Made by a program: the position numbers and the translations under genes
From: Eledone cirrhosa
Lineage: Eukaryota
Assembly: GCA_964016885.1 (NCBI GenBank)
Contig: OZ024748.1
Location: 52,638,001-52,702,000 of the forward strand
DNA length: 64,000 nt
Direction of reading: 5' to 3'
Notes under the pieces: model-generated
Told to the model about the DNA's origin: nothing
What the model saw: only the letters and a program-made list of their open reading frames with translations
The model's database searches: none
Shown here: positions 13,831 through 25,929 of the stretch, piece after piece
How positions within the stretch are numbered: the first letter of the stretch is position 1
Layout: each line of letters starts with the position of its first letter

Positions 13831-14722
13831 TAATCAAAGATTGAAAGAATGCTAAACAGAGAAAGAGAACAAAGAATATTATGGTATGGTATAGGGAGAG
13901 AAAAAAGAGAAAAATGGTTGATTGTTAAAGGATAGAAGAGTGGAATGTGTATAAGAAAAGAGGGAAAAGGGGGCAGCAGGAGAATGGTCAATGAGTTGGG
14001 TGGAAGATTTGGATATCACAAACAGAATCATTCAGGTAGAAAAAAGAAAGAGGAAATGGTGTGGTATGGGGTGGGGGTTAAGGGATGGCTACCTCTCAAC
14101 ACAAGTATTCTCATTAGGAAACAAGCCTGACTATGATCTGACTTAGAGAGGAAGGAAATGAAGCTAATAGTAGGTAAGTAGATAAATAGACGGGAAAAAT
14201 TAATTGAATAAATGGGTGCATGTAATTCTGGTGAGCTGATTAGACATTTCAGGTAATTACTGTCTTATTAGCAGTGCCAATTTCTTGGATTTCATCAATG
14301 AATATCTCCTGCAGGCTGATGCAGTCATTTTCATGTCATAGTCATTGTAATGAGTTGACTGACTTGGCATTGGTTAATGAAATAAGTTTGAGTCCAAATG
14401 TACAACAATGATTCCTGTACAGTTTCTACAATATTTGCAGAGCTACATGCAAATGTTAAATCAACATATGAAATAGAAACTAATCATTTAATTCTATTAT
14501 AGCTGAATTACACAGCACCAATGACATTCTGATTAATGATTTCATGTTTCACAATTCTTAGTGACACCAATTTCAAAGGCTTATGATTTGAATTAAGGAT
14601 GCTTCGTGAATATATTGTCATAGGTTTATATTCTTCTACAACTTTTACATTACATTCATTTTCTTCATTAGACTAAGAAGGACGATACCCACAGATTTTC
14701 AAAGGTTTATGATTTTAATTAA

Positions 14723-14937
14723 CCCTTTAGCATTTAAGCTGGCCATATCTGGCCAAAATTCTCTCCCCTTTGTCTCTTGAAACTGGCCATAACCAGCGAC
14801 TTATAATGGTGTTAAAATACCATTCTCAAAATAAACAATAACACCATCAAAATCTTGGTAGATTTGAGATTATGTGAGATAAAGCCTTTACACTGAAAGT
14901 ACAATAGTAAATATAGTGTAATGTAAATACTAAAGGG
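14723..14937. mobile_element. piggyBac-type MITE with TTAA target duplication
   Basis: TTAA|CCCTTTAGCATTTA ... TAAATACTAAAGGG|TTAA; second copy at 50451-50668. Confidence 0.85.
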
Positions 14938-16269
14938 TTAATGGTGCTTAGTGGATATATTCTTAAAGGTTTATATTCTACTACAAGTTTTACACTATTT
15001 TCTTTTTCTTCATTTGTCTAAGAAAGATGATACCCACAGATTTCTGAAGCCTCCACTGACATGGTAGAAATGCTATAAATAATTGAATAAAGTTTGAGTA
15101 ATTAATGTTGAATTTTAATTGTTACAAGTTAGTATGTAAGGAGAAAGCGAGTTTCAGATGTTTGCAGTTCTAAAGGAAAATAATTGGATCAAGTGCTTAG
15201 TATGAGTGTTAAGGTATATTAGAGACCCTCAACAGTAGATGGGAGTTGTGAATAGCTTTAAGTGAAAGCAGCACAGATTTATATGTTTAAAAATGTGAAG
15301 GATATAGAGAGAGGATAATTCAGTTATGGGTCAATCGTAGAGAGTATACGTGAACAAGGAAATTGGATTTCATAGAACCATAGTTGTCATCATCATCATC
15401 AGTGTTTTAATGTCCACTTTCCCTGCTAGCAAGGGATGGACAAGTCTACATAGACCAAGTCAGTACTGTAGTGGGGCTACAGATCTCCCAGACAGACCAG
15501 GAATCTGTGTTCTGTTTATGTACACTCTCAGGTTCTACCGAATGCACAGGAGAGGTTGTCATGTCTTTAACATAAACTGAAGGGTCCTCACAATTCTTTG
15601 TTTGGCAAGTTTTCTATGGCTGGATGCCATTCCTATCACCAACCTCGAAACTGAGAATTTATCTCTCTACAAAATACAGCCACTGCCGACTGTAGTAAAA
15701 TTCATTCAGTTATTTGTTTGCTGTTATGATAAATCAGACAAAACAATAATTTACTAATAAAGGTTTCTAAACTGATAACTGTTTTTTCCGTTTAGAAATT
15801 AAAATATTTTCACATATGTTATGAATACATCGTATTTGATTTTAGATTTTGAATGTGAGAATGTATTGTTAGGCACTGGACATTAAGATATATGCATAGA
15901 TCATTAGAGTCTCTTTACAAATTATCACTTATACTAATGCAAATTACTCAGTGATTAAATGAATACAGGTGTTAATACTTTTCAATTAACCTTTTCGTGA
16001 CCATATTTCTAGTGGAATTCATTCTATTTCAATTAATTAATGAAGAATTTAGAGGGATTTACTAAAGTTATTCATAATTTAATTACTAATGTATGGTTCT
16101 TATATAAAATTATGTTGGAAGATTTTAATTTAAATAAGGAACCTTTAAATTCATAGAACAAAAGGTAGTTTTGGAGTGGGTTGATAAGGAATATACTGTC
16201 TTACATAAGAGAGTTGAGAAATACTTTAGACAAATCAATTAAGCTAGCAGCACTTAATTAACTAGCATC

Positions 16270-17192
16270 ACTCCATCACTCACTCAGCTATTATTATCTA
16301 GAGAGTTACATTTACTCCATCACTCAGCTATTGTCTAGAGAGTTACAGTTACTCCATCTCTCACTCAGCTATTATTGTCTAGAGAGTTACAGTTACTCCA
16401 TCTCTCACTCAGCTATTATTATCTAGAGAGTTACAGTTACTCCATCACTCAGCTATTGTCTAGAGAGTTACAGTTACTCCATCTCTCACTCAGCTATTAT
16501 TATCTAGAGAGTTACATTTACTCCATCACTCAGCTATTGTCTAGAGAGTTACAGTTACTCCATCTCTCACTCAGCTATTATTGTCTAGAGAGTTACAGTT
16601 ACTCCATCTCTCATTCAGCTATTATTGTCTAGAGAGTTACAGTTACTCCATCTCTCACTCAGCTATTATTGTCCAGAGAGTTACAGTTACTCCATCTCTC
16701 ACTCAGCTATTATTGTCCAGAGAGTTACAGTTACTCCATCACTCACTCAACTACTGTTGTCCAGAGAGTTACAGTTACTCCATCACTAAGCTATTATTGT
16801 CCAGAGAGTTACAGTTACTCCATCTCTCACTCAACTACTGTTGTCCAGAGAGTTACAGTTACTCCATCACTCAGCTATTATTATCCAGAGAGTTACAGTC
16901 ACTCCATCTCTCACTCAGCTATTATTGTCTAGAGAGTTACAGTTACTGTATCACTCAACTATTGTTTTCTAGAGAGTTACAGTTACTCCATCACTCAACT
17001 ATTATTATCCAGAAAGTTACAGTTACTCCATCTCTCACTCAGCTATTATTGTCTAAAGAGTTACAGTTACTCCATCTCTCACTCAGCTATTATTGTCTAA
17101 AGAGTTACAGTTACTCCATCTCTCACTCAGCTATTATTGTCTAAAGAGTTACAGTTACTCCATCTCTCACTCAGCTATTATCTAGAGAGTTA
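16270..17192. repeat. Minisatellite, about 38-45-bp unit
   Basis: CTAGAGAGTTACAGTTACTCCATCTCTCACTCAGCTATTATTGT repeated about 20 times. Confidence 0.95.
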
Positions 17193-18389
17193 TTACATAC
17201 ATTGCTATGAAATATCATTGTTCTAATGAAAGAGGCAAAAGTAAACTGAATATTGGTGAGTGGTTTACTGCTCATTAGCAGGATGGCATTATGATAGAGC
17301 TTTGAAGAGAAAAAAAGATGGAAGGATTTGGCAAAGATAAAAGTTATCCCTGGAGTAAAATGTTTGAATGTAATGAAAAAAAACACTATTGTGAATAGTT
17401 GCCTTGTCTGATTGACATGGATATAACTTACAGCTTCAACATACTGTATATGTGACCTCTGTGACTTTTCAACATTCCATCATGTGATGTCTAGGTGTTT
17501 GGAGATTTTTGGCACTCAGTGTAATTTCACTTTTGCTATCCTGTTTTTGCTATTATTATTCAAATTTTCTATGTGAATATTCAAATGTAAAAAGATGTGC
17601 TACCTAGTAGAATAAGAGAATGCTTATAAGAAGCTATAAATCATAAACCTTTTAGCTTTCAAAACCATGGAAACCCAGCTGCCATGTTGGCAGAGCTAAT
17701 TCTTAAAATTGACTATAGAGTTTACACATTAATTTTGAGGAAATTGTGTCCAGTATAAGTTGTATGCCATCTAGAACAGTTTAATGACAGCTAAACAAGA
17801 TATTTGACAGCTACACTACAACAAAATAACTGTTTATCCAAATGATAAGTAGCTTACTAAATTACTAAATCTATCCACCTTACAATAAGATTCTAAGTTG
17901 AGCACAAAAACCTGAGTTACTTACTTTTGTCAGGATTTCTGTAAGTGGGATCAGTTTACAATTATACCTTCGTTCAAGAGAAGATAAAGAAGGGAAAGGA
18001 AACCTCTTTTTTCTGGTAAGATTCTGGATTCAGAAGAGGAAGATCGATAGTTTGTTCTTTCATTGAATTACCATTGAGGAAGCATCAATCACAGAACTAG
18101 ATATTATAGTGTAAAACTCAGAAATGTGAGGCACTGAACTATGTAACCTTAGGCATTTCTGTTACTGTGCTAGCCTTACATCAACCCAACTACAGCCAAT
18201 GAAGAAGAATTACATTCATAATAATGATGATTTTATCCCTTACTCCCTTGCACAATTTCCCTATTATTGTCCACTGGGTTATTATATACATTGGTGTGGA
18301 ATACCATGAAGCTGAATAATATACACACATATATACATACATATATATATACATATACAAATCTTTCTCTCTCTCTATATATATATACA

Positions 18390-18569
18390 TATTTATTCAC
18401 CTTCCAAGTGTATGTATGTGTGTGTATATATATATATATTTACTCACCTTCCAAGTGTATGTATGTGTGTGTATATATATATATATATATATTTATTCAC
18501 CTTCCAAGTGTATGTATGTGTGTGTATATATATATATATATATATTTATTCACCTTCCAAGTGTATGTA

Positions 18570-18602
<33 letters not shown>

Positions 18603-18680
18603 TTATTCACCTTCCAAGTGTATGTATGTGTATATATATATATATATATGAATATATGTGTTTATTCACCTTCCAAATAT
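18390..18680. repeat. Compound minisatellite TTATTCACCTTCCAAGTG + (TG/TA)n
   Basis: Six motif copies separated by variable-length dinucleotide tracts. Confidence 0.9.
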
Positions 18681-19121
18681 CCAAAATACAGCATATGCTT
18701 CGTGGATATTGAGGGAAAATCAGGGTCAGAATAACAGCCAACAGAATGAAAGAGGAATGCAGGTAAAGAGATAACTATAAAAGACAGACAGACAAAAAGC
18801 TAGATAAACAGACTTGAGAGAGAGAGAGAAGGAGAGAAGGAGAGAGAGGGATGCATCGAGAGAGAGAGAGAGAGATGCATCGAGAAGGAGAAAGAGAGAG
18901 ATGCATCGAGGGAGGGGGAGAAATAGATAGATGCACTGAGAGAGAGAAAGATGCATCGAGAGAAAGAGAGAGAGAGAAATATGTATAGAGAGAGAGAGAA
19001 TAAAAACTGAAGATAGAGTATATGTTAGTAAAAAAGAGAGAGACATAAAGACATGTATAAATAGGAAAATAAATTCACAACATGAGGGAGAGAGAAAGAT
19101 GCATCGAGAGAGAGAAATAGA

Positions 19122-19154
<33 letters not shown>

Positions 19155-19821
19155 CTGCATCGAGAGAGGGAGTGAGAAAGATGCATCAAGAGAGGGAGAG
19201 AGAGAGAAAGAGAGAGAGAGGGGGGATAGAAAGAGAAAGTGACGACGGAGGGAGGGAGAGAGAGAGGGAGAGAAACAGAGAGAGAGAGAGACAATTACAG
19301 ACAAACAGAAAGTGTGAGAAAACATTGCTATAATAACAATAACAAAACATTGTATGGAACAAACAAAACAAAAAAAGTAAATCAGAAATAATAGATTTGT
19401 CTATGGTAGTAGCTCCCTCTTAGCTAGAAAGATCCATTCTCTCTAAAAAAGAACAATTATCTATTTTTCTGGTATTAATATCAATTATATATCCATCATC
19501 AATTTTCCTCTTTCTTTTCATTTATTATTTTTGTTACCATTGTTGTACGTTGTTGGTTTTGTGCTTCTGTAGAAATATCTTGCGGGTATTGATAACTTAA
19601 CAATGCCTCAATGTAATCCACTTTTGATTTCAGATAGCGCAATCTATGAAATCAGATTTCAGATTCTAGAGCAGCCATTGTTGCTGTTGGCATCGACTCC
19701 AGTTTCATTAGTGGAGATGGCCCAAACAAAAACAAGACAAAAACAAAAACACAACAAAAACAACAATAATAAAAAGAAACAAAATAACAACAAACAAAAA
19801 AAAAAAAAAGAAAAGAAAATC

Positions 19822-19862
<41 letters not shown>

Positions 19863-20269
19863 AATATCTACTTTTTTATTGTCTCCTACTCCATAACATG
19901 ATGGTTATTTGATACAAAAACATTGGTGATGGTTTCAAAATGCAATACATACGATTATTTCGTTTTGCTAATGAAAGAAGGAAAAAAAAAATTGTATTGT
20001 TTCTTATTTGTTGCCACTCTTTGTTGTTGCTGTTGTTGCACTTATTCTTGTTGCTGCTACAGCAGTGCCATCTATAATTGGTCATTGCTGTTATTATTGT
20101 CATTATAGACTTTCTCTGCAATCGTCAATACCACTACAGTGATTATCATCATCAATGTCATCGTTTTCATTGTTATCGTTGGAAATGTATGTACACAAAT
20201 AGATTAATGAAAAAAAACAGATATACGTAAATATCATACCTAATTTCTTACATATACCACCATTACCAC

Positions 20270-20387
20270 TCCCGTCATCATCATCATCATCATCAAGTAG
20301 TTAGCAACAGAATTATAAATATCATTCCTATTATCTTATTCATCATCACCATCATCATCATCATCACCATCATCATCATCACCATCG

Positions 20388-20418
<31 letters not shown>

Positions 20419-21318
20419 CACCATCATCGTCATCATCATTTCCATCATCATGACCATCATCATCATCTTCGGCACCACCTCCTCCACCATCACCACCTCC
20501 ACCACCATCACCAACACCATCACCATCATCATCTTCGGCACCACCTCCTCCACCATCACCACCTCCATCACCAACATCACCAACACCATCACCATCATCA
20601 CCAACACCATCGCCACCATCACCATCATCTTCATCATCATCAACATCGCCACCATCACCATCATCATCACCATCACCATCATCATCATCACCATCATCAT
20701 CATCACCATCATCGTCATCATCATTTCCATCATCATGACCATCATCATCATCTTCGACACCACCTCCTCCACCATCACCACCTCCACCACCATCACCAAC
20801 ACCATCACCATCATCACCAACACCATCATCACCATCACCATCATCTTCATCATCATCAACATCGCCACCATCATCATCATCATCATCATCACCATCATCA
20901 TCATCACCATCGTCATCATCATTTCCATCATCATGACCATCATCATCATCTTCGTCACCACCTCCTCCACCATCACCACCTCCACCACCATCACCAACAC
21001 CATCACCATCATCACCAACACCATCATCACCATCACCATCATCTTCATCATCATCAACATCGCCACCATCATCATCATCATCATCATCACCATCATCATC
21101 ATCACCATCGTCATCATCATTTCCATCATCATGACCATCATCATCATCTTCGTCACCACCTCCTCCACCATCACCACCTCCACCACCATCACCAACACCA
21201 TCACCATCATCACCAACACCATCATCACCAACACCATCATCTTCATCATCATCTTCATCGCCACCATCACCATCATCATCACCATCACCATCATCATCAT
21301 CACCATCATCATCATCAT
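20270..21318. repeat. (CAT/CAC)n triplet repeat with higher-order units
   Basis: Recurrent CATTTCCATCATCATGACC blocks; explains the Met/Val and Thr/Ile ORFs. Confidence 0.95.
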
Positions 21319-21374
21319 TAGCGACACTATTCCTATCAGTTAACAGCAGCTACGCAGTGTCATTATTACACGTG

Positions 21375-21510
21375 CTTTCAGTATCGGTAGAGGGTCGGAT
21401 ACCATGCTTTGCAGAATAGAGTTGCGCCCCTTTACGGTCTCAGTTCAAATCCCGCCGAGGTTAACTTTGCCTTTCATCCTTACGGCGTCGATAAAATAAA
21501 GTACCAGTAA
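21375..21510 (+). mobile_element. SINE family 2, 3'-truncated
   Basis: CAGTATCGGTAGAGGGTCGGA...GTTCAAATCCCGCCGAGGTTAACTTTGCCTTTCATCC. Confidence 0.85.
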
Positions 21511-21863
21511 AGCATAAGAAATGCGCAACCGGTAAAAAACTTTGAATACTAATTAATACTTATTACTAATTTATACTTATTCCTAATTAAACTATTTTTC
21601 ACTGGGAAAAATTTGTCAGCATTTTCTTTTCCTTTTTACTAATATATCACAACTCATGTGTCACACCTCTATTTTTTTTAAATATATATATATATATATA
21701 TATAATCTGCTTGGTTCTGTGTTATTTATTTGCAAGATATTAAAAATGTTCAATCCATCATATCAACTATTATAAGTCAGCTCTGTTTTTTGGTATTTAC
21801 ATGCCAAATTTACATTGAGCAGTTATGGTACAGTAAGTCAATATTTTGTATATTAATCTAAAT

Positions 21864-21925
<62 letters not shown>

Positions 21926-22159
21926 TATATATGTGTTATGATTTAAGTCATCTTAATTAGCTTACGGCTAAAAACTTTTGGACTGTTATACTCTTAGCTT
22001 ATTATTATTATATTATATCATTATTTTACTATACATCATTATTTTATAACTGTAATATAATATAATCCAACAGCTCCCCATGTTGTAGAAATGAAGAATG
22101 CCTCTAGATATAGAGCTTAACTGCAAATATACAGAATAAGCAGTGCCAGACAAAATAGT

Positions 22160-23560
22160 CATATATTATCAAAAAGTGCACCTTAGTAAAAATAGTGCAA
22201 ATATCAAAAAGTGCATCGTAGTAAATTAAATAGTATGTATATTATCAGAAAGTGCACCATAATAAAATGGCATGTATATTATCAGAAAGTGCACCATAAT
22301 AAAATGGCATGTATATTATCAGAAAGTGCACCATAATAAAATAGCATGTATATTATCTGAACTAAGGGAAAAATTAGAAATAAGAGGGATCAGATGTTGT
22401 TTACTCGAGAGAAGGCTACGTTGGTATGGTCACGTGATGCGCATGAAAGACGACAGCTGTATAAAAAAGTGCAGGTCAATAAAAATAGACGGTAGCCATG
22501 GAGTAGGCAGACCCAGAAAAACCTGGGACGACTTGATAAATTCTGACCTCACACACTTACACCTCTCCAAGACAATGTCACTGGACCAAGATCTTTGGCA
22601 CTACACAGTAATAGAGAAGACCCGCCTTACCTAAGTACAAAGTGAAACCTACTATAGTCAGTAGGCACCTCTAACAAAATACACCCCCGTCCCACTACCC
22701 CCACCCCATCCACACCACCCCTTTCAATGTAAAGTTATATTGGTACCACAACATCCAGCCCGAAACAAATGAGGTCGTGTAGGTGTCACGACAAAAAAAC
22801 ACACAGTCCATGCTGTAATGTGGCCGTGTAGGTAACACGGTAAAAACCTCCCAGTTCCATACTGTAAATGTGGTTGGTGTTAGGAAGGGCATCCAGCCGT
22901 AGAAAACCCGCCAGGCAGTCCTATGCGAGCAAGACAACCACTCTTGCCTCAAGTGGGAAAACTCCCATCCAAACCCATGCAAGCATGGAATATGGACGTT
23001 AAACGATGATGATGATGATGATGATTATCAGAAAGTGCACCATAATAAAATAGCATGTATATTATCAGAAAGTGCACCATAATAAAATAGCATGTATATT
23101 ATCAGAAAGTGCACCATAATAAAATAGCATGTATATTATCAGAAAGTGCACCATAATAAAATAGCATGTATATTATCAGAAAATGCACCATAATAAAATA
23201 GCATGTATATTATCAGAAAGTGCACCATAATAAAATAGCATATATATTATCCGAAAATGCACCATAATAAAATAGTATGTATATTATTAAAAAGTGCACC
23301 ATAATAAAACAGTATGTCCACAGTATGCACCATACAGTATGCACCATAATAAAACAGTATATCAAAAAGTGCACCAAAGTAAATAAAATAATTTGTATAT
23401 TCTCAAAAAAGTGCATCATAATAAAGATGAAATAGTTTGTAAAAATGTGCACCATAGTAAATAATTTGTATATTTTCAAAAGGTGCACCAAAGTAAATAG
23501 TCATATCACGTAAAGGTGCATGAAATAAATAGTTTGTATATTGTCAAAAAGTGCACCAAA
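22160..23560. repeat. About 37-bp minisatellite interrupted by an RTE fragment
   Basis: TATATTATCAGAAAGTGCACCATAATAAAATAGCATG units on both sides of the insertion. Confidence 0.9.
22358..23023 (+). mobile_element. RTE-clade LINE 3' fragment with candidate ATTATC target duplication
   Basis: ELREKLEIRGIRCCLLERRLRWYGHVMRMKDD...GRPRKTW...; 3'UTR; (GAT)n; ATTATC at 22352-22357 and 23024-23029. Confidence 0.92.
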
Positions 23561-23879
23561 GTAATTAGACATCAATTAAATCTACAGAATAGCTGCTGTT
23601 GCTGTTTACCAACTTAAAAACTAGTTAGTGAGTGACTAACAAAGTGTAGTGGCTGAGACAAGGTATGAACTAGTATCTTTATTAATGGTGATCTGAAAAT
23701 CAATTGACTTGGACATTTATTTAATTTGTTTTGTATGCAAAATATGATTTGTGATTTAGGCCCAAGGCCAACAATTTTGGGGAAAGGGGAAAGTCAATTA
23801 AATTGATACCAGTGAGTTACTGGTACTTATCATCGTTTAACATCCATTTTCCACACTAGCATATATTATAATAATAATA

Positions 23880-24272
23880 GTTGTTTTACCTTTGGCACAA
23901 GGCCAGCAATTATCCAACTGCATTACTGGTACTTTATTTTATCGACCCCGGATGAAAGACAAAATTAACCTCGGCAGGATTTTAACTCGGACCGAAAAGG
24001 GACATAACTCTACGCTGCAAAGCATGACACCCAACTCTCTACCAATGCTGCCAATCCATCAACCTTTTATTATTATAGTAATAATTGTTTCTACTTTTGG
24101 CACAAGGCCAGCAATTACCCCAGGTACACCACTGGTACTTTACTTTATCGACCCTGTAAGGATGAAAGGGAAAGTTAACTTCGGCGGGATTTGAACTCAG
24201 ATCATAAAGGGACGTAACTACGCTGGAAAGCATGGCATCCGACCCCCTACCGATACTGCCAATTCACCGTCC
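23880..24272 (-). mobile_element. Two tandem SINE family 2 copies
   Basis: About 23880-24065 and 24082-24272, both reverse complements of the family 2 consensus. Confidence 0.85.
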
Positions 24273-24689
24273 TTATTATTATAGTAGAAAGTATTGCAGT
24301 AGAAAGTGTGGATATAATAGTATATATATGTCCACAATTACAAATATACTCATATATGTAAGCAGAAATTTGAATAGCTGTGAGAATGTATATATATTTA
24401 TGGTTATATATTCATAGCTACATCAAATTAACTATATATGACTGGATGTGTTTGTGAGTACAATATTGCCAATGTAACAGTAAATATGTGATTAGTATGC
24501 TACAGTATATATGAATGTAAATGACAGAGGGTACACTTGCTAGTCAGTAGTTTATTTCTTAAGTAAAGAAAACAATTTCTTAAGTAAAGAAAACAATTTC
24601 TTAAGTAAAGAAAACAAAATTCTGTTCTGTTGAGTAGGAATCACTATATACTGTGCCCACCTGACCACAAACACACCTGGTACACCCAC

Positions 24690-24756
24690 CTTTTAACTAA
24701 TGAGATTCACTGCATAGGAGTAGTATCAGCAGGTGTTCTCTAGTCAGATATCCAAT
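24690..24756 (-). other. Candidate non-coding spliced exon (67 nt)
   Basis: Minus strand: CTGAC branch-like motif, pyrimidine tract, CTACAG acceptor, then AAG|GTGGGT donor; stops in all three frames. Confidence 0.3.
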
Positions 24757-25189
24757 CTGTAGACATGATAAGACAACCAAAAGGAAACAGGAAGAGTCAG
24801 GCAGTAAACTAACCAAATTTGAACAACAACAACAACAACAGATACAACAGTCATAACAATAACAACTACTAGTACAATGGTCACAATACAACAACAGCAA
24901 CTACAATAGTACAAAACAACAACAACACCAACAGAACAAAACAACAAGAACAGCAATAACTCCAATAACAACAACTATAACTACAACAACTACAACTATA
25001 ACTACAACAACAACCACAACAGAACAAAACAACTACATGAACAGCAATAACTCCAACAACAACTATAACCACAACAACAACAACTATAACTACAACCACA
25101 GCAGAACAAAACAACAACAACAACCACAAGAGCAACAACAATGACAGCAAAACAATAAAAGCAAGATCTGCAATGAAGATTGCAGTGCA

Positions 25190-25880
25190 GTGCCGTGTGG
25201 TGTGTTGGTGTGTGGAGTGGTGTGGTGTGGTGTGGTGTGGTGGCATGTGGAGTGGTGTGGTGTGGTGTGGTGTGGTGGCATGTGGAGTGGTGAGGTGTGG
25301 AGTGGTGTGGTGGCGTGTGGTGGCATGTGGTGTGGTGTGGTGTGAAGTGGTGTGAAGTGGTGTGGTGGCGTGTGGTGTGGTGCAGTGGTGTGGGGAGTGG
25401 TGTGGTCGCGTGTGGTGTGGAGTGGTGTGGTGGCGTGTGGTGTGTTGGTGTGTGGAGTGGTGTGGTGTGGTGTGGTGTGGTGTGGTGTGGTGTGAAGTGG
25501 TGTGGTGGCGTGTGGTGTGGTGCAGTGGTGTGGGGAGTGGTGTGGTCGCGTGTGGTGTGGAGTGGTGTGGTGGTGTGTGGTGTGTTGGTGTGTGAAGTGG
25601 TGTGGAGTGGTGTGGTGTGGTGGCATGTGGTGTGTTGGTGTGTGGAGTGGTGTGGTGTGGTGGCATGTGGAGTGGTGTGTGGAGTGGTGGCGTGTGGTGT
25701 GGAGTGGTGTGGTGGCGTGTGGTGTGGTGGCGTGTTGAGTGGTGTGTGGTGTGGCGTGTGGTGTGGTGTGGTGCAGTGGTGTGGGGAGTGGTGTGGTCGC
25801 GTGTGGTGTGGAGTGGTGTGGTGGCGTGTGGAGTGGTCGCGTTTAGTGTGGAGTGGTGGCGTGTGGTGTGGTGGCGTGGG
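25190..25880. repeat. (GTGTG)n-based compound satellite
   Basis: Pentamer TGTGG/AGTGG/CGTGG array with higher-order blocks. Confidence 0.95.
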
Positions 25881-25929
25881 AGTTGAGACAGAATGATCTT
25901 AGCATTGACAACAAGTAATTGAAAGTCCA

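Noticed and set aside
20293-21343. Met/Val-rich 344-aa and Thr/Ile-rich 297-aa ORFs
   Set aside because: (CAT/CAC)n repeat; no reflectin-type or other motif
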